A DNA stretch of 64,000 nt from Ruditapes philippinarum (lineage: Eukaryota): NCBI RefSeq assembly GCF_026571515.1, contig NW_026862025.1, forward strand, positions 62,001 to 126,000. The letters run 5' to 3'. The number at the start of each line of letters is the position of its first letter. Position 1 is the stretch's first letter. This document shows positions 41,401 to 55,472 of the stretch, in pieces. The position numbers and the translations under genes are program-made. The notes below the pieces were generated by a model. That model did not search any database. It was not told where the DNA came from and saw nothing but the letters and a program-made list of their open reading frames with translations.

Positions 41401-41878
41401 TTTGACAGAGTTTAAAAATCGCATTTTGGATGTTGTTAAACAAGAATGGTTTGCTAACTTAGAAAATAGTTCCCTTTTATATTTTTATAAAAATGTCAAG
41501 AGTACATTTGAATATGAGAAATATTTAGATATTTTACCAAAAGGATTTAGATTTTATTTTTGTAAATTACGCATGAGTGGTCTTCCTCTCAGAATTCAAA
41601 CAGGAAGATTTAATAGAAACCCTATTCCCCGTAATGAACGATATTGTTTATGTTGTAACAATTTAGATATTGAAGATGAATATCATTTTATATGTATATG
41701 CAGCTTTTATTCAGAATTAAGAAAAAAATACATAAAGGATATTTACGTCAAAAGACCATCTGTTTATAAATTTATCAAACTTTTGAATTCTTGTGATAAA
41801 ACCGAGCTCATACAATTATCACTGTTCATCAAAAACGCTCTTGCTTTAAGAAATTCAGTATTAACTGTAGAAAGATAA
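38453..41878 (+). pseudogene. LINE ORF2: APE endonuclease, reverse transcriptase and C-terminal CCHC finger, with one nonsense codon
   Basis: APE motifs SWNVHGL, LYETW, GDFNSR, SVIDY, DH. RT motifs NYRGITL, QFGFR, GLRQG, FADD, YLG. C-terminus RYCLCC...EDEYHFICIC. Single in-frame TAA at 38759-38761 in WLK*D. The intact 989-aa part is 38909-41878. Confidence 0.93.
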
Positions 41879-42349
41879 CTCTAATACATGTTCTTTCTCC
41901 TTATACATGATTAATTGTTTTGATTTATATGTATTCAAATTACTATCATTACTGTCAAAAATAAGTCTGTTCTTATTGTATCTCACGTTGACATATATAA
42001 TTATTGATATGTATATACAAGATGATGTACTATGTACAAATCTGAATAAACTATCTGTTCTGTTCTGTTCTATAAAGCTATACCTTGTCTTGTGGTGTTT
42101 CAGTCTTAAAAACAGCTCAATTAATTTGTTTCGATAATAATATCGTTCGATTCTACAAAGAGTTTTAAAATAATATACCAGTCTGTTTTGTATCGCACGA
42201 GAATATTGTATGTAAATAAATAAATGTTATGCTACAATTTAAGTAGAGTTTGATTGTTTTAATGATAATTTTATGCATGCTTTATTCCTAAAATCGCGAC
42301 ATTATTGTAAAGTTCACTTCTTACAGATCACGCGCAAAAATGTTCTGTA

Positions 42350-44840
42350 CAGAATGGGTCTCATTATGTACGGTCTTTCAAAGGAATGATGTTACTTTGC
42401 GAAGCAATGGAGAGACTTCAATGGAATATTTTTTAGAAACTTCTGAAACCGACCATGACCAGTTACAAGCACTTTTTGATCTTAGAGAGTCTGTTTCCAG
42501 GAAGGAAACACAAAGAAGCATTTGCCATTTTGAAAACCTTTTAAAGTGTTCTTCAAACTTGTTTGAAGATTTTGACCTATACCGTTCTGAAAAATCTAAG
42601 ACAAGAGAAACATTTAGATACTGGGATCATTTCATTGAACATGTAAGGCTCCTACGTAATCTTGTAAGAGCAGATCGGGAAGGTAATTGGTTTCTTCATT
42701 TGTCAGCAGTTCAGGCTATATTGCCATATTTTGCAGCCTTTGACAACGTGAACTACTAACGATGGTGCTCGGTATAACTTGAAGACATGAAATTCCTCCC
42801 TGACACTGCTCCTGAAGTCTTTCACAATTTTTGCAATGGACAATTCGTTGTCAAACAAACAACAGGCAAATTCAGGGCAGTAGGTGCTGATCAGAGTTTA
42901 GAGCAAACTATTAACAGAAGTCAAAAAAGTAGCTTTGGAATCATCATAGGAACAACTAGAAAGAAATATTTCGTGACCGAATGGGAGATTATATACCATG
43001 AGTTGTTAGCTGTTTGTAATTTGCACCAAGAAATAAGTGGAAGAAAATCATTACAGCATGAATTGACGGTTCATCATGAGTTTTCGACATAGAGCACTAT
43101 GATAATCAATTCAATGTCCAAAATGCAACAGAATTGAGGTTACACAATATAATTACACTAGAAGTCATGAACGATGAAATTCGACAACGTTTTATGGAAA
43201 TTAAAGAAATGGGTATAGAAGTTTACGCTTCATTTAGACAAGAAAGATTAATAAATAAGACAGTTCGACTCTAGGAGCCAATTCACAGACAGAATGTTAA
43301 AACGTTCAGCTCAATTAATACAGATTCAAATTCAAAGGTGAAATCTAAAGAGAAAAAACATGCAGATTTAGCTACTGGTCATAGGTATCTCGAAATTTGT
43401 CAAGCAAGAGGCCATTCCACCAAGGAACTATTCAAATATGATTTAGTTGAATCAAACTGTCTTTTTGACCAAAATGGATTAATGACGAAAACGTCAAAAA
43501 GTGACTTGTGTCGTCAGTTAGAAAAATATGTTGTCAACAATGACGATACTTCCCCTGCAAGATGTGATAATGCAAAAATCGTATGGCTAGTAGATGTTAT
43601 GGCTAATATCAGAAAGGTTAACCTGAGGAATTTGAGCACATTTGGCAATCTATGTGAAGCTTTTTTTCATATGATCATTGCCATTTGCTACAACGCATTG
43701 AGAATAGATTTCGTGTTTGATTCATACATTGACAATTCCGTCAAAGACACAGAGCGGTTAAGACGTTGCAAGAAAAAGCCGATAGAGATCAATATTATCA
43801 CATTAGATACACCTTTACCTGTAAATATAGACACATTCTGGTCATCTGGGAAAAACAAAACAAAATTACAAAGTCTTATAAGACAATGGATATTGGACAA
43901 TGCAAAGATAGAAACCATTGAATTTGTTGTAAGTGGAACATTGCAATCACAGTCATCTGAGCATTGTGAGTCCCTATTCAAAGACGTGAAAAAACCAATT
44001 CCTGAACTGGATTTAAGTATAGAAGAGGCTGATGTTCGTCTCATTCCACACGCATTACATGCAACCCTGCAAGGCGGGAAACGCTGTGTTCTCCTCTCCA
44101 ACGACACCGATGTGATGGTTTTAGGACTGCATTTTTACAATAAGCTAAAGTCAAATGGCTTACATGACTTGTGGATACGGGCAGGCACAGGCAATTCTAC
44201 TCGCTTCATACCTCTGCACCAAATTGCCATTGGGGAACCACAATTATGTGATGTTCTTTTAGCAGCACATATATTAACAGGATGTGATATGACCAGTAAA
44301 GTTGGTACAAAACTCTCTGCAATCAAAGCAAAACCTGAATTATACTTAACTGACTTTGGTAAAAGTCTTGACATGAAGCATAGAGAAAATGCAATTTTGA
44401 ATGCAGAACAATATCTTGTCAATGTCTTAAGGCAAAATACTACATGTACAACAATGGATGAATTGAGATTTTATATTTACCATACAGGTAAAGCAATTAA
44501 TCTGTCTGATCTGCCTCCCACCAGCACTGCTATTCGTAGCCACATTTTAAGAAGTTTGTTTGCTTATTTTATGCAGACAAATTGTCTCAATGAATTTAAT
44601 ATCAATCCAAGAGAGTTTGGCTTTGAAGAGATAAATGGTTGTTTAATGCCAAGTGTTAATCCTTCACCTATCCCAAGAAGTCTTGTACAAGTATGTAACT
44701 GTAAATTATGCACAACAAAGCGGTGCTCATGAAGAAAAGCTGGCATTCAATGCTGTATTTATTGTGTGTGCAAAAGCAACAACTGCAATACACAGTGCAA
44801 AAACCCTAATGTCATTCTGACAGTTCCAATTGTTATGTAA
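42350..44840 (+). pseudogene. Academ-type DNA transposase remnant with XPG/PIN-like nuclease domain and C-terminal Cys-rich finger
   Basis: Motifs NGSHYVRS, RADREGNWFLHL, DQSLEQTINRSQK, FDSY...KDTER, EEADVR, SNDTDV, LTGCD, LPPT and CNCKLCTTKRCS*RKAGIQCCIYCVC. Several stops (42757, about 42775, 43090, about 43272, 44730) and frameshifts. The 5' part is missing. Confidence 0.75.
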
Positions 44841-45850
44841 TTTGTTGCAACAAGAGTTGAATCTTTTTGGCATTTGACATAACTTTAGACCTAATTGTTA
44901 AAAAATTTGTTGATACATTAGATTTTATTGTTCTGTAATTTGTGATGACAATTTATTCAAATGTTCTGTAAATTGTTGTGACATAGAAAAAATATGCGTA
45001 ATGTGTTATCATATCAGAACTAATTGTTCTGTAATTTGTTGTGACATAAAATACAAAACAATTGTTGTGCAACAGACCAGGGGATATACCAGGGCATGAA
45101 ACTGTAAGAAAAACTCCTGCTTGCTGTAAGTTTTGCCTAGCTTACAGCTACTACCAAACACACAAAAGCTAAACAATCTGGAAAAGGCTTTGGGATGGAA
45201 CACTATACAAGTATATGTAATTTCTAATTGGCGGACAATTCTATATCATCTTTCTTGAGTCTCGAACAAGCATCGCCTATCCAACCACCGGCACACTGAT
45301 ATCTACTGAAGGCCTTCACATGATTACCATAACTCTTATGATAATCATTATTTCGTTTTAGCAATAGATCTATTACACTCTTAAATCAATAATTAATATC
45401 ATCCTCAATTTTTATACCATCTTTTCAAATACCCATTTTCTCTTGCCATCATCATCATCATCACCATCATCGTCATCGTCATCGACAACGATAACGACAA
45501 TGACAACAACAATAACAACAACAATAACAACAACAACAACAACTGGTATGATATTATTATACATACAATTGTTCTGTAAGTTGCTGTTTCATTAAAATTT
45601 ATAAGTATCTTATTAGTTATAAGATCAAATTGTTCTGTTATTTGTTGTAGTAATAGACTAATTTGTTTTGAAATTTATTTTGGCATTATGATGAGATCAA
45701 ATTGTTTTGTTAAATAACAACCACAGCTGTGCTATGCAATCATCTTTACGTCCAGTTGTTATAAATTCTATTGTACCATTATATCTAATTCTTCTGTTGA
45801 TTTTTTATTGTTGATGGTTGAACAATACATCCAATTGTTCTGTAATTGTA
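44830..45850 (+). repeat. Dispersed ~25-bp motif ATTGTTCTGTAATTTGTTGTGACA, at least 7 degenerate copies
   Basis: Copies near 44830, 44926, 44960, 45022, 45568, 45628 and 45833, immediately 3' of the transposase. Confidence 0.65.
45448..45543. repeat. Compound trinucleotide microsatellite (CAT)n-(CGT/CGA)-(CAA)n
   Basis: Directly visible. Confidence 0.9.
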
Positions 45851-48542
45851 AATATTTTAGACACATTTTGTTCAGTACTTTAAGTATATTGTAAGGAAAG
45901 GTTGATGATGATATTAATGCGCTAAATAATATGTACTAGTATGTTAACATTGATTGATTATGTACAATTTGTTGTTGCTAACTATTTGTGATATAAATTG
46001 CATAACACTGTGATACAAAATCTCATACAATATGTGAATTTGTACAATATTGCTGTTAATTACTTATTATTTGAATCATATGACGCTATTATACTTGATA
46101 TTGTTAGACTTTACCTTGAGATTTTATTTGATAGCTCACTTGTTTTATCAGTTACAGTGTGTAACATGACGGTAATTTATGTACAATTATATAATGAATG
46201 TTTGTTTGACACGAGTATAAAGAAAGATGCATTGAATACAACATTTAATTGCAAAAACTCTTATGTATACGGGATATATTTTGTTACATGTTCATCTATA
46301 GCAACCTAGTTTATAAATCTAATACTGGTATCAGTAAACAGCAATGCTTTTTGAAAAAATCTGTGAAAATTACTTGATTTAATAAAATGTACTTGACTAT
46401 ACTATTGATAGTTCCCTACTCTGACATTTCTTTTGAATAACAATAGATTTAACCACAAATGTTGGCATGTGCTCTTTTGTTTACAAATATGTTGTGGTGA
46501 AATTCTATTGAATCAACTAATCTGATAATTAGAATTGGACAGGCAGGGATTTATGCATTGACAAAATTCTACAAATTTGTGGAATGAATTCATCAGTAGA
46601 AATCAATTCATATCTATCAAATAAAAAAGTCTTTGCAAACTAAAAAGCTTTTTTTGTGTTTCATGTTACTTTGCAAACAGTGTGAATTGTCCAGTTAATT
46701 TGTCTTGAGTTTGTGTAATTGTATGATCATGCCAGTGAGTCCAGGTACATACTTGCAATGCTTAACTTTAAAGCCATTCATGCTCCTGGTATCTTTCATT
46801 CTGCGTTTCTCAGCACCTTGTTGCCATGACAACCAAAATATCAAATATGATTTGCAAGAATACAGATATCAAATATATACTTTAAAAGTGTTTATAAATT
46901 CATGAACATGCAAAAGAGCAATACATGTTGGCTATTTTAAGTATCAATAATCATAACAAAATGTTGACTAGAAACTATGGTACAATGTTCAATTACCCAC
47001 CCACTTTGAATAAATAAGAATCAAGGTCTTTACTCGACGGAAGACATAGACAATGGTATTATTAGAAAGAAGTTGTTCATGTTGTTGTAATAGATGGTTA
47101 AAATATTCAATTTAATCACTTTGCTTGGACTAATAGGTAAAAATTTCAACCCCATACCGTAATTTAGCTATATTTTTATGCAATTTTCTGAAGAGTTCAT
47201 CTTAAAAATAAAGATGATATATAATAAATTAAAAAAAAGTATTCATTTTCACATTGATCCAACTGAATACGATGTCCTTACATCACGTATACTGAAATAA
47301 ATACAAAAAATAACTAATTTTATCAAATAAAATGCGTATGAGCCATTTTTCAATAAATTGGCGGCCATCTTGGATTTCTCGAAACGTACCATGATTTGAC
47401 ATGTCTACCGAAAATTTTGTAGTCTTCAAACATTTAGCTTTAAATTGATGTATTGATGAACCAATCCCATATATGTCTGATTTAGATTATGAAACACATC
47501 AGTTGTTGATTGTTTATGATCGCCAGGGAATAGTGATATTTTGCTTATATAGATAATGAAACGGAAATTTTGTTGATATTCGTAGTATATACATGTAATA
47601 GCAAACGTAAATTGAAACATTAGAAACTTTAAAAAAAAACTAATAATATTATTTCACAAAATAAAACGCTTTTACTGTTCATTGTAAATATATATTATAT
47701 GTATCTATTTCAGCTTAATATAATACTTATGGTTTGACACCTTAACATTTCATACTTCTTACATAAAGAAAGGCAATAGCAAAACATTAAGCATAAAATT
47801 AAATCATTGTTGTTATTTTTTGACAGACTGTTTATCATACCATTAGTTTTAGTTATGTTTGCCCCAAAATAGTTTATCCCGCTATCTAGTTATTCGCTGC
47901 TAAAAGCCCCTTTTGCCCCATAAAAGCACTTGCTTCCAAAGGCCTTAAAGTTTATATTTGGTGTATGTTATAGTTGCTTTCTGGGAATTAGGACAGTCAA
48001 AGTGATAAGTATTTAATATATGGCAGTCAAAAACTACTTTGCTTACACTTTCAGCTCAATTTTCTTTAGGTTATTTACATCTAACAAGCTCTAAGCCTAT
48101 TATATAAACATTAAAAACACATGTTTATCCTTTATAAAGAAAGACAAAATTGATTTGAGGCGCAGTGTGCCTTTAATTGAAACAAGCACAAGTATGTATA
48201 TCCGTTGATATTTACACATATCAATAAGATATTCTTATGTCAGTTTTTATCAAACTTAACACACATTGCCTTTAGAAAACGTAACTTTACGTTGCTTTTG
48301 ATTTTGTATGACAGAAATTTCTTGTGATAATATTATTAAACCTGTTTATATCCGTCAAAACCACAAAGCCTAGCATAATATAGCATATCTAACATAGCAA
48401 TATATAATTTGTTATTCTAAAGCATCACAATATCATCAGCATATTAATCAGATCAATTGTAGTTCACATGTTATTTTACGGGTTGAAAACTTCTTTGTGA
48501 TTGTTATGGTTTAAAACTGCTCACTATTAAGGTGTGAAAATG

Positions 48543-48634
48543 TGTAACTAACCAGCTAGCTCAGTCTGTAGAGCCGTAAAACGGTATTCCGAGGGTCCCT
48601 CTCTCGTGTCCAATTTCTTCTCACCCTTGTGACA
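48543..48634 (+). repeat. Short tRNA-derived repeat fragment
   Basis: A-box-like GCTAGCTCAGTCTGTAGAGC between TGTAAC and GTGACA ends. No B-box or cloverleaf. Confidence 0.4.
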
Positions 48635-48717
48635 TAATAGTTACATAAAAAGTTCCAAATGAATACAACAAATAAGTGGTTAATTTTAAATAGCACGTGT
48701 TGTCCACTCTTCATTAC

Positions 48718-50768
48718 ACTACTTGGAAATATGGTATCCTAAAAGATCTAAAGGATGCTGGACTTAATGGCAGACTTCCTCTTTTCATTTCTGGATTTTT
48801 AAACGATAGGCACTTGTAAGACTTGGTTCAACTTTTTCTCAGGACCACCAACAAGAACAAGGTGTTCCTCAAGGAAGCATACTTTCTGTTACACTTTTTG
48901 GCCTTAAAATAAACAATATTGCTAGCGCTCTTACACCAGGCATAGATTGTTCTCTATATGTAGACGATTTTCTTATCTGCTATCGATCGAAAAGTATGTG
49001 AACAATTGAACGGCAACTTCAACAAAATTTAGATAAAATTCAAAGGTGGGCAATAGAAAATGGTTTTAAATTCTCAAAGTCAAAAACTCAATGTGTTCAT
49101 TTCTGTCGATTGCGGAAACAACATAATGACCCTGAACTTTACATATCTGGTTCTAAAATTCCAGTAGTTGATGAAGCTAAGTATTTAGGAATTATATTAG
49201 ATAAAAAACTTTCTTTTATACCACATATTAAACATTTGAAAACTAAATGCCTTAAAGCTTTAAATTTACTTAAGGTTTTATCAAGTACAAATTGGGGATC
49301 AAATTCTTCAACATTACTGAAATTATACAGAAGTCTTATCCGATCAAAATTAGATAATGGTTCTGTAGTATATGGGTCTGCAAGAAAATCATATATTCAA
49401 ATGCTAGATACCATACATCACCAGGGTTTACGTTTAGCTTTAGGTGCTTTTCGCACTTCACCTGTGGAAAGTCTATATGCGGAAGCTGGGGAACCATCGC
49501 TTCATCTTCGTCGAAAAAAGCTATCACTTCAATACGCAACTAGAATTTCATCTAATAGCAAAAATCCAGCTAAAAATATTATTTTCCAAACCAAGTTATA
49601 CTGAAAAATTTGTTAACAAACCAGAGGAAATTAAACCATTAGGCCTTCGTTTAAAAGATGATTTAGATAAACTTAAAATTAATCCAGACAGTATCCTTCA
49701 AAATGACGATGAGGATGTTCCACCTTGGACTTATAATTCCCCGAAAATAAATATTAACCTTTCAAATATAAAAAAGTCATCAAATTCACCCGAATTCTTC
49801 AAAGAGAAGTTTCTAGAATTAAGGAAGAACATGAAGATTTTATACATATTTATACGGACGGTTCAAAAGAAGGTTGCAAAGTAGGTGCGGCTGTGTTTGA
49901 AAATAATTTTACATCTAGTATGAGGTTACCAGATAATGCATCAATTTTTACTGCTGAAGCAAAAGCTATCGATTTAGCATTGTCATACATAGCACAGCAT
50001 ACCCACGATAAATTTGTGATATTTTCTGACTCGCTTTCTGTTTTAATATCCATTAAAAATAAAAAATCTGACAATATCATGGTAAAGAAACTTCATTTAC
50101 GATTTCATGATATACTAAACACAAAATATGTTAAATTATATTGGATTCCAAGTCATGTAGGAATACGAGGAAATGAAAAAGTAGATGCTTTAGCTAAACA
50201 ATCATTAAATTTTCAAAAAAAAACTGATTTATTGTTACCTGCTTGTGATTTTAAACCGGCTATAAATAAACTCGTATCATCTGAATGGAAAGCAAATTGG
50301 GACAATGCCGTTTTTAATAAACTTCACGATATAAACCCATCTCTTGATGTGTCACCATCTCTATCTCTGTCAAACCGCCGTGATCAAACAGTTCTTCTTC
50401 GATGCCGAATTGGACACACTAAAATTACCCATTCTTATCTCCTTACATATGACAATGCCCCTTTCTGTGTAGGTTGTAATGAAAATTTTACTGTCAAGCA
50501 TTTTCTTCTTGAATGTCATGATTTTTCACAGGCCCGTAATAGATTTTATTCTGTAAATTCACTCAAAGAACTTTTTAATACAATTCCATCAAAAAACATA
50601 ATTGATTATTTGAAAGAGATAAGCTTGTATTCTAGGATCTAATTGGTTCATTTCTATTGTCATTTACAAAGTTTTACATAACATTTTTAGCCTATTATAG
50701 CGTTCGGCACGATATGGCCAGTTATGTGTTGACGTGCCGTAAAAATCCAAACAAACAAACAAAACAAA
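48718..50768 (+). mobile_element. 5'-truncated I-group (I/Nimb-like) LINE with partial RT, RNase H and CCHC finger
   Basis: TSD CTTCATTAC (48709-48717 and 50769-50777). RT motifs GVPQGSILS, YVDD, KYLG. RNase H motifs YTDGSK, SIFTAEAKAI, FSDSLS, WIPSHVGIRGNEKVD. CVGC...HFLLEC finger. 3' stem CGGCACG/CGTGCCG and a (CAAA)n tail. One stop near 48999 and about three frameshifts. Confidence 0.92.
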
Positions 50769-51302
50769 CTTCATTACGTTAAAAGCATTTAGTTATAAAG
50801 TTATTTAGTTATACTGATAATGATGGTCATTTGTGCAATAAGTGGTCTATTGCCAGATATTTGCATTCACTGAATGCCACCCTTCCTTGTTGGTCTTGTT
50901 GTTCGTATTTTCTGGTCCCAATCTTGTTTTCTTTTTGGCTAATAATAAACTATTGTTTCATCACCAGCGACGACATTTTTAAAAGGCAGTGAATTGTTGG
51001 GATGCATCGTCTAGTCAAAATTAACCTACAATCGAATGTTTTAAACCAACGAATAACTGATGAAGGTGACATTTCATTTCGTCCATGTACAGAACAGATT
51101 TTTTCAAAAAATGTCCTTATACCCCATGCAAATAAGGCAGCGATTCTTAATACATGACAATATTTCAAAAACATATTATGACGTTCTACCAACCATATTT
51201 ATAGTTTAATTAACAAGGTGACAATATTAAATTGTACATATTAAATCGAATATTCTTTCAAAGGTCTGCAAATGCTATTTTTACAAATCTATTGTATCTA
51301 CA

Positions 51303-51350
51303 TGTACACTTCAGATGTTGTACACTTCAGATGTTGTACACTTCAGATGT
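51303..51350. repeat. 16-bp perfect tandem repeat, 3 copies
   Basis: TGTACACTTCAGATGT three times. Confidence 0.9.
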
Positions 51351-54180
51351 TCACATTATATCGTTGTAGTGTTTAAAGGTGATTTTTAGGACAAGTATCT
51401 AACACACTCAGGCTTATACAAAAACAAACATATCTGCGATACAACATATCTTTCAATGTACACGTACAAAGTCCGTTTTCGTGATAATATCAATTGTTTA
51501 TTGAATGCATTGAGATTTAACGCGTTGACATTTCAAACTGTTAATGCTTACTGTCGAAGTCTAGCAACTGTTATATTTTCTCCTAAATTTGTTTGACTTA
51601 TCTTCAATTTGCATGCTTGAAAATTTTTGAGTCTCTATAGAATTCTAATACAAATCATATCTGTCTGATCAATATGTAATGCCTCCCTGCAAGACAGTTA
51701 AGAAAATGTGTTTAATTATTCCAGTGCCTATTAGATACGACATGCTTAAACTGTTTGTATTTGAAATATCAAGGAACTACGAAAATAGAAAAAAAGACCC
51801 ACGCAAAACACAGCTACGCACTTAAAAGAACACCTACAAAACAATGCATAAGAACTTGTTTTATTTTCCTTTTAGGAAACAGAAATCATAGGAAAAAAAG
51901 ATTCCTCGGGAACACAATACATTTGAAAATACTGCTAATTGCATAAAACGCAATGAAAATCATTACAACTTTTCTTTTTATATAATATACAAAGTGTCCA
52001 GTCAATGAAATATATTCTAGCCGCCTTACAGTATCGATTATTTATATTATACTCATACACTTAAAGATACAAAGCATACATTATAATTTTGTTCGTGTTA
52101 AATAAGATTTGTTATCATTTTAACGTCATAAATGAGGAACATTTTGAACGAGAATCGTTCACGGTAAATATATAACACAGGAAAGTAAAAGATGTCGCAG
52201 TGTGTTAAGAATGATGCACTAAATTAAATGGTAACAATGGTGTAGTATTTCTATGATGGTGCTTAATTCGATAATTAGAAATAATAAAACACATATTGAA
52301 AATCACCCTCATTTAAATTTGCGATGTCATCTGTTCTCGTAAAGATAGCAGGACTTGATCTTGTCTATTTTATCTCCGGCTTATGAATATTTAAATCATC
52401 ACTGTACAATTAATAGTTACATGCAAAGACATGCATTCAGAATAGGTAACTCAAATATGAATTTAAGTATTTGTTGTAATTGTATTCCATCGACGGAAAT
52501 AAAAAAAACACGCTTTTTATATTTGAGTTAAAATACTTTCTTTGAAGCTTACAAGCTTATCCAAAATTCATATTAAAAAGAAATTTGAAATCGAGTTTTT
52601 TTATTTTACCAATTAACTAATACATTTTCTAGCTGGCAACCTTACATTTGCACACTTTAATCATATATGAGTATTACAATCCGTTGTTTGCGGTACGTGT
52701 CTTAGATCTATATATAGGAAAGTCAAAGCTTAAACATTTAAGCTCCCTTAGAAAAAGAACGTGCGTGTCCTTTATGTTTATCCTTTTATATGGTATGAAT
52801 TAGACATTCTATTAATTCAAACGTATATTAATCACCATTTGCAAGACATGAAACTCTCATCGACAATCAAGGTTGCCATTAAATCTATATTAAAAGAGAC
52901 AAGACAATTATATAAGGATTTACGCACGCGACGTTAGATCCGAAAAACTTCTTTTCGTCATAATAACCCAATGCTGAACAAGGTTTTACAAATGAATACT
53001 TTTTTGTTTCGTATTTTAGAAGGAAATTCAATTATTTCTCTCTTCAGCTGCATCACTTATTTATCATTCAATTTTGCCGTCGACCATTTTAATCACACTA
53101 AATACTGCCTGAATACAGAAATGTTGACATCATTGTTAAAGAAAACAAAACACACAAAAAATATACCAAAGGAAGCATGCACTTTTATGAGATTTTAATG
53201 CGGATGTAAAACATAATGTTTCAGTTAGGGAATCGGTCCGTTATCAGTTGTGATTATTTTTGAATTTTTAAAACATTTATTGAATGAATAATTTTTATCG
53301 TTTTATACGCATACATACTTGTTTCACGATGTTTAGTAATTAATGAAAATAGTGCTTGTCAGATAACAAATAATGAATTTCTATCTATTTCATAAAGTGT
53401 ATTTATCTCAAATTCTCAAAGTTTTATTTTGAAATTATATAAAATTACGTTTATTAGACAATGTTTAAGATAATGAACAATTATAACAAATGATATGCGG
53501 ATATACTTCCACATACGTATAAGTAAGCATGAGTGTTCATAAAAACAATTAAACGAATACACGCCTGGGGGTTGACACTGTATATATCAAGGTTATTTGG
53601 AAGCAATTATATCCGAAGAACAAGCAAATTATATCATCTCAATAGCACAAAGAAGATTAATATAGCAACGTTTTTCAGCTGCGAGAAAGTTCTCAAAACT
53701 TGCAGTTCAGAATTTTTGTGCGCACATATTATAGTATTGTTTTAATGTGATTTAGTTCCATTAGGGGACGGTAAAATACTATTATTATCCTGCAGTAACG
53801 GTGTCCTGGAAGAAGGTATAATAATAGCAATACGTAGTTGCCGAGTCGCATTATACAATAGTTGTACACGACACATGATTAACTTTATCATTTATTCAAT
53901 CAAATTGTCTCCAAATAAGATGATTGTTTTCCCTTATCTTGTCTCGACACTTAATAGATAAAATACAATCAAATGTAGATTGCTCGACCTGAGAAGAGAA
54001 ACGTATCAATATTCAATACAATATTCTATGCTATAATGAGTCTATAAAATCTATCATGCAATGTTAAAACAATAATTACGTGTTTGTGATTTATTATGTA
54101 AATGCAATATAATGATTCCTTGATTTTTCTTTTCAAATATAAACATATATTTTTTTTTCAAACTAGACTGACGTAAGGAG

Positions 54181-54345
54181 TTTGTACCAGTGAATGTTAA
54201 ATGTTGAATTCTGCTTAAGCCGGTGCTGGGGGCGTGGACAGTAGTTTGCATGAAACAGTACCGTCCATGAACAGGCTCAATCAAACCGAGCATGCAACAT
54301 TTTGTCATGTTGGGCTTTCTTTAGGGATTCTTATTTTCTCTATTT
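54181..54345 (-). repeat. Dispersed stem-loop element, most complete copy
   Basis: TTAAGCCGGTGCTGGGGGCGTGG...CCATGAACAGGCTCAATCAAACCGAGCATGCAACATTTT...GTTGGGCTTT...GGGATTCTTATTTTCTC. Confidence 0.8.
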
Positions 54346-55472
54346 GATATACAAGGACACTGTTTTACCAACATGATGTACGTTTGAATGAGTGTAATAC
54401 ATTTTACTGATCATATTAATCATTTTTGTTTGTGTATTTCTTAGTTTAACAAGCTGCAAAATGAGTGAGTAGGTTTTTTTTGTTTGGTTCCTTACTGTGT
54501 GGTCTGCCGTTATTGAATAAGTTAATGTCCTAATGTGAACTTTTTCGGAACAAAGCATATTTGTATTACAATCTAATAAAATAACTTATTGTTTATGTTG
54601 TTAACTGACTTGACTTGAAAATCCTTTTGTGGATTCCTTTTTGCATAGTACAAAATGTTACAGTTGTATATCAGAATTATTATCTGCATGTATTAAACAT
54701 AACGTCTTGAACAGATAAAACATTTCTATACCATGACAGGGCAGGAATTAAACTAATATTGTAACCAAATAGCAATTAGAAGTCTGTTCCTATATGGCAA
54801 AAAATATGTTTTTATATAAATGTTGCAATTTTTCTTTTCAATAATTGGTAAGGTTAATAATTTTTTGTTATTAAACGTTAAACAATAATATGTATTTACA
54901 TTTTCAAATATAAACAACTACAACCTTTACACGTTATTTTTATTTAATCTCAAAGCTTTAATTGCATTTTTTAAACGGTAAGCAATTATATGTTTTTCAA
55001 TTTTCAAATACAAACGCCTACATCGTTTACACTTTGCTTTAGCCTAATTATGCAGAAATACTACGCACAAATTATGCATGAAGTTAAATATCTGGTATTT
55101 GTTGAATAACGTCTTACAAAGAACTGTTCTTTTTTTCTTATTTTCTGTAATTTCATAAATTATTCATTATTCAATTATGTAGAGTATTTTCGTAACACAC
55201 TTCAATGTTGCCTTCATAAAGAGACTGACGCTGATATCACTGCAGAGAGAAAACAGAACGAGCACAAAATATTTCTGGACAAACAAAAATGCTCTGGCAA
55301 TCAATCATACTTTAGGTGTTTTAAACTTCCTGATAAGTAATAATTTTTTTTTGCTACTGAACATTATTACACTATAAGATGACTTGTAATTATTGAGAAA
55401 TTTAAAGAAAAATGTTACTGCTTCTGAACCTTTGCTATTTGTCGTGTTGGGCTTTTTTTACGGATTCAGTTT

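Larger units (their letters stand above)
37341..42070 (+). mobile_element. Full-length non-LTR retrotransposon (APE-RT LINE, RTEX-like)
   Basis: 7-bp TSD TATAAAG (37334-37340 and 42071-42077). Has a 5' UTR, ORF1, ORF2, a 3' UTR with AATAAA (42045-42050) and a (CTGTT)3 tail. Clade inferred from the ORF2 C-terminal CCHC motif and microsatellite tail, not from a tree. Confidence 0.92.

Noticed and set aside
37764-44746. Antisense ORFs over the LINE and transposase
   Set aside because: Shadow frames of the plus-strand coding regions.
54266-54330. SECIS element or histone 3' stem-loop
   Set aside because: ATGA is not conserved between copies and no matching GA quartet strand exists. The 9-bp stem with a 5-nt loop does not fit the 6-bp/4-nt histone consensus, and no histone or selenoprotein ORF is nearby.
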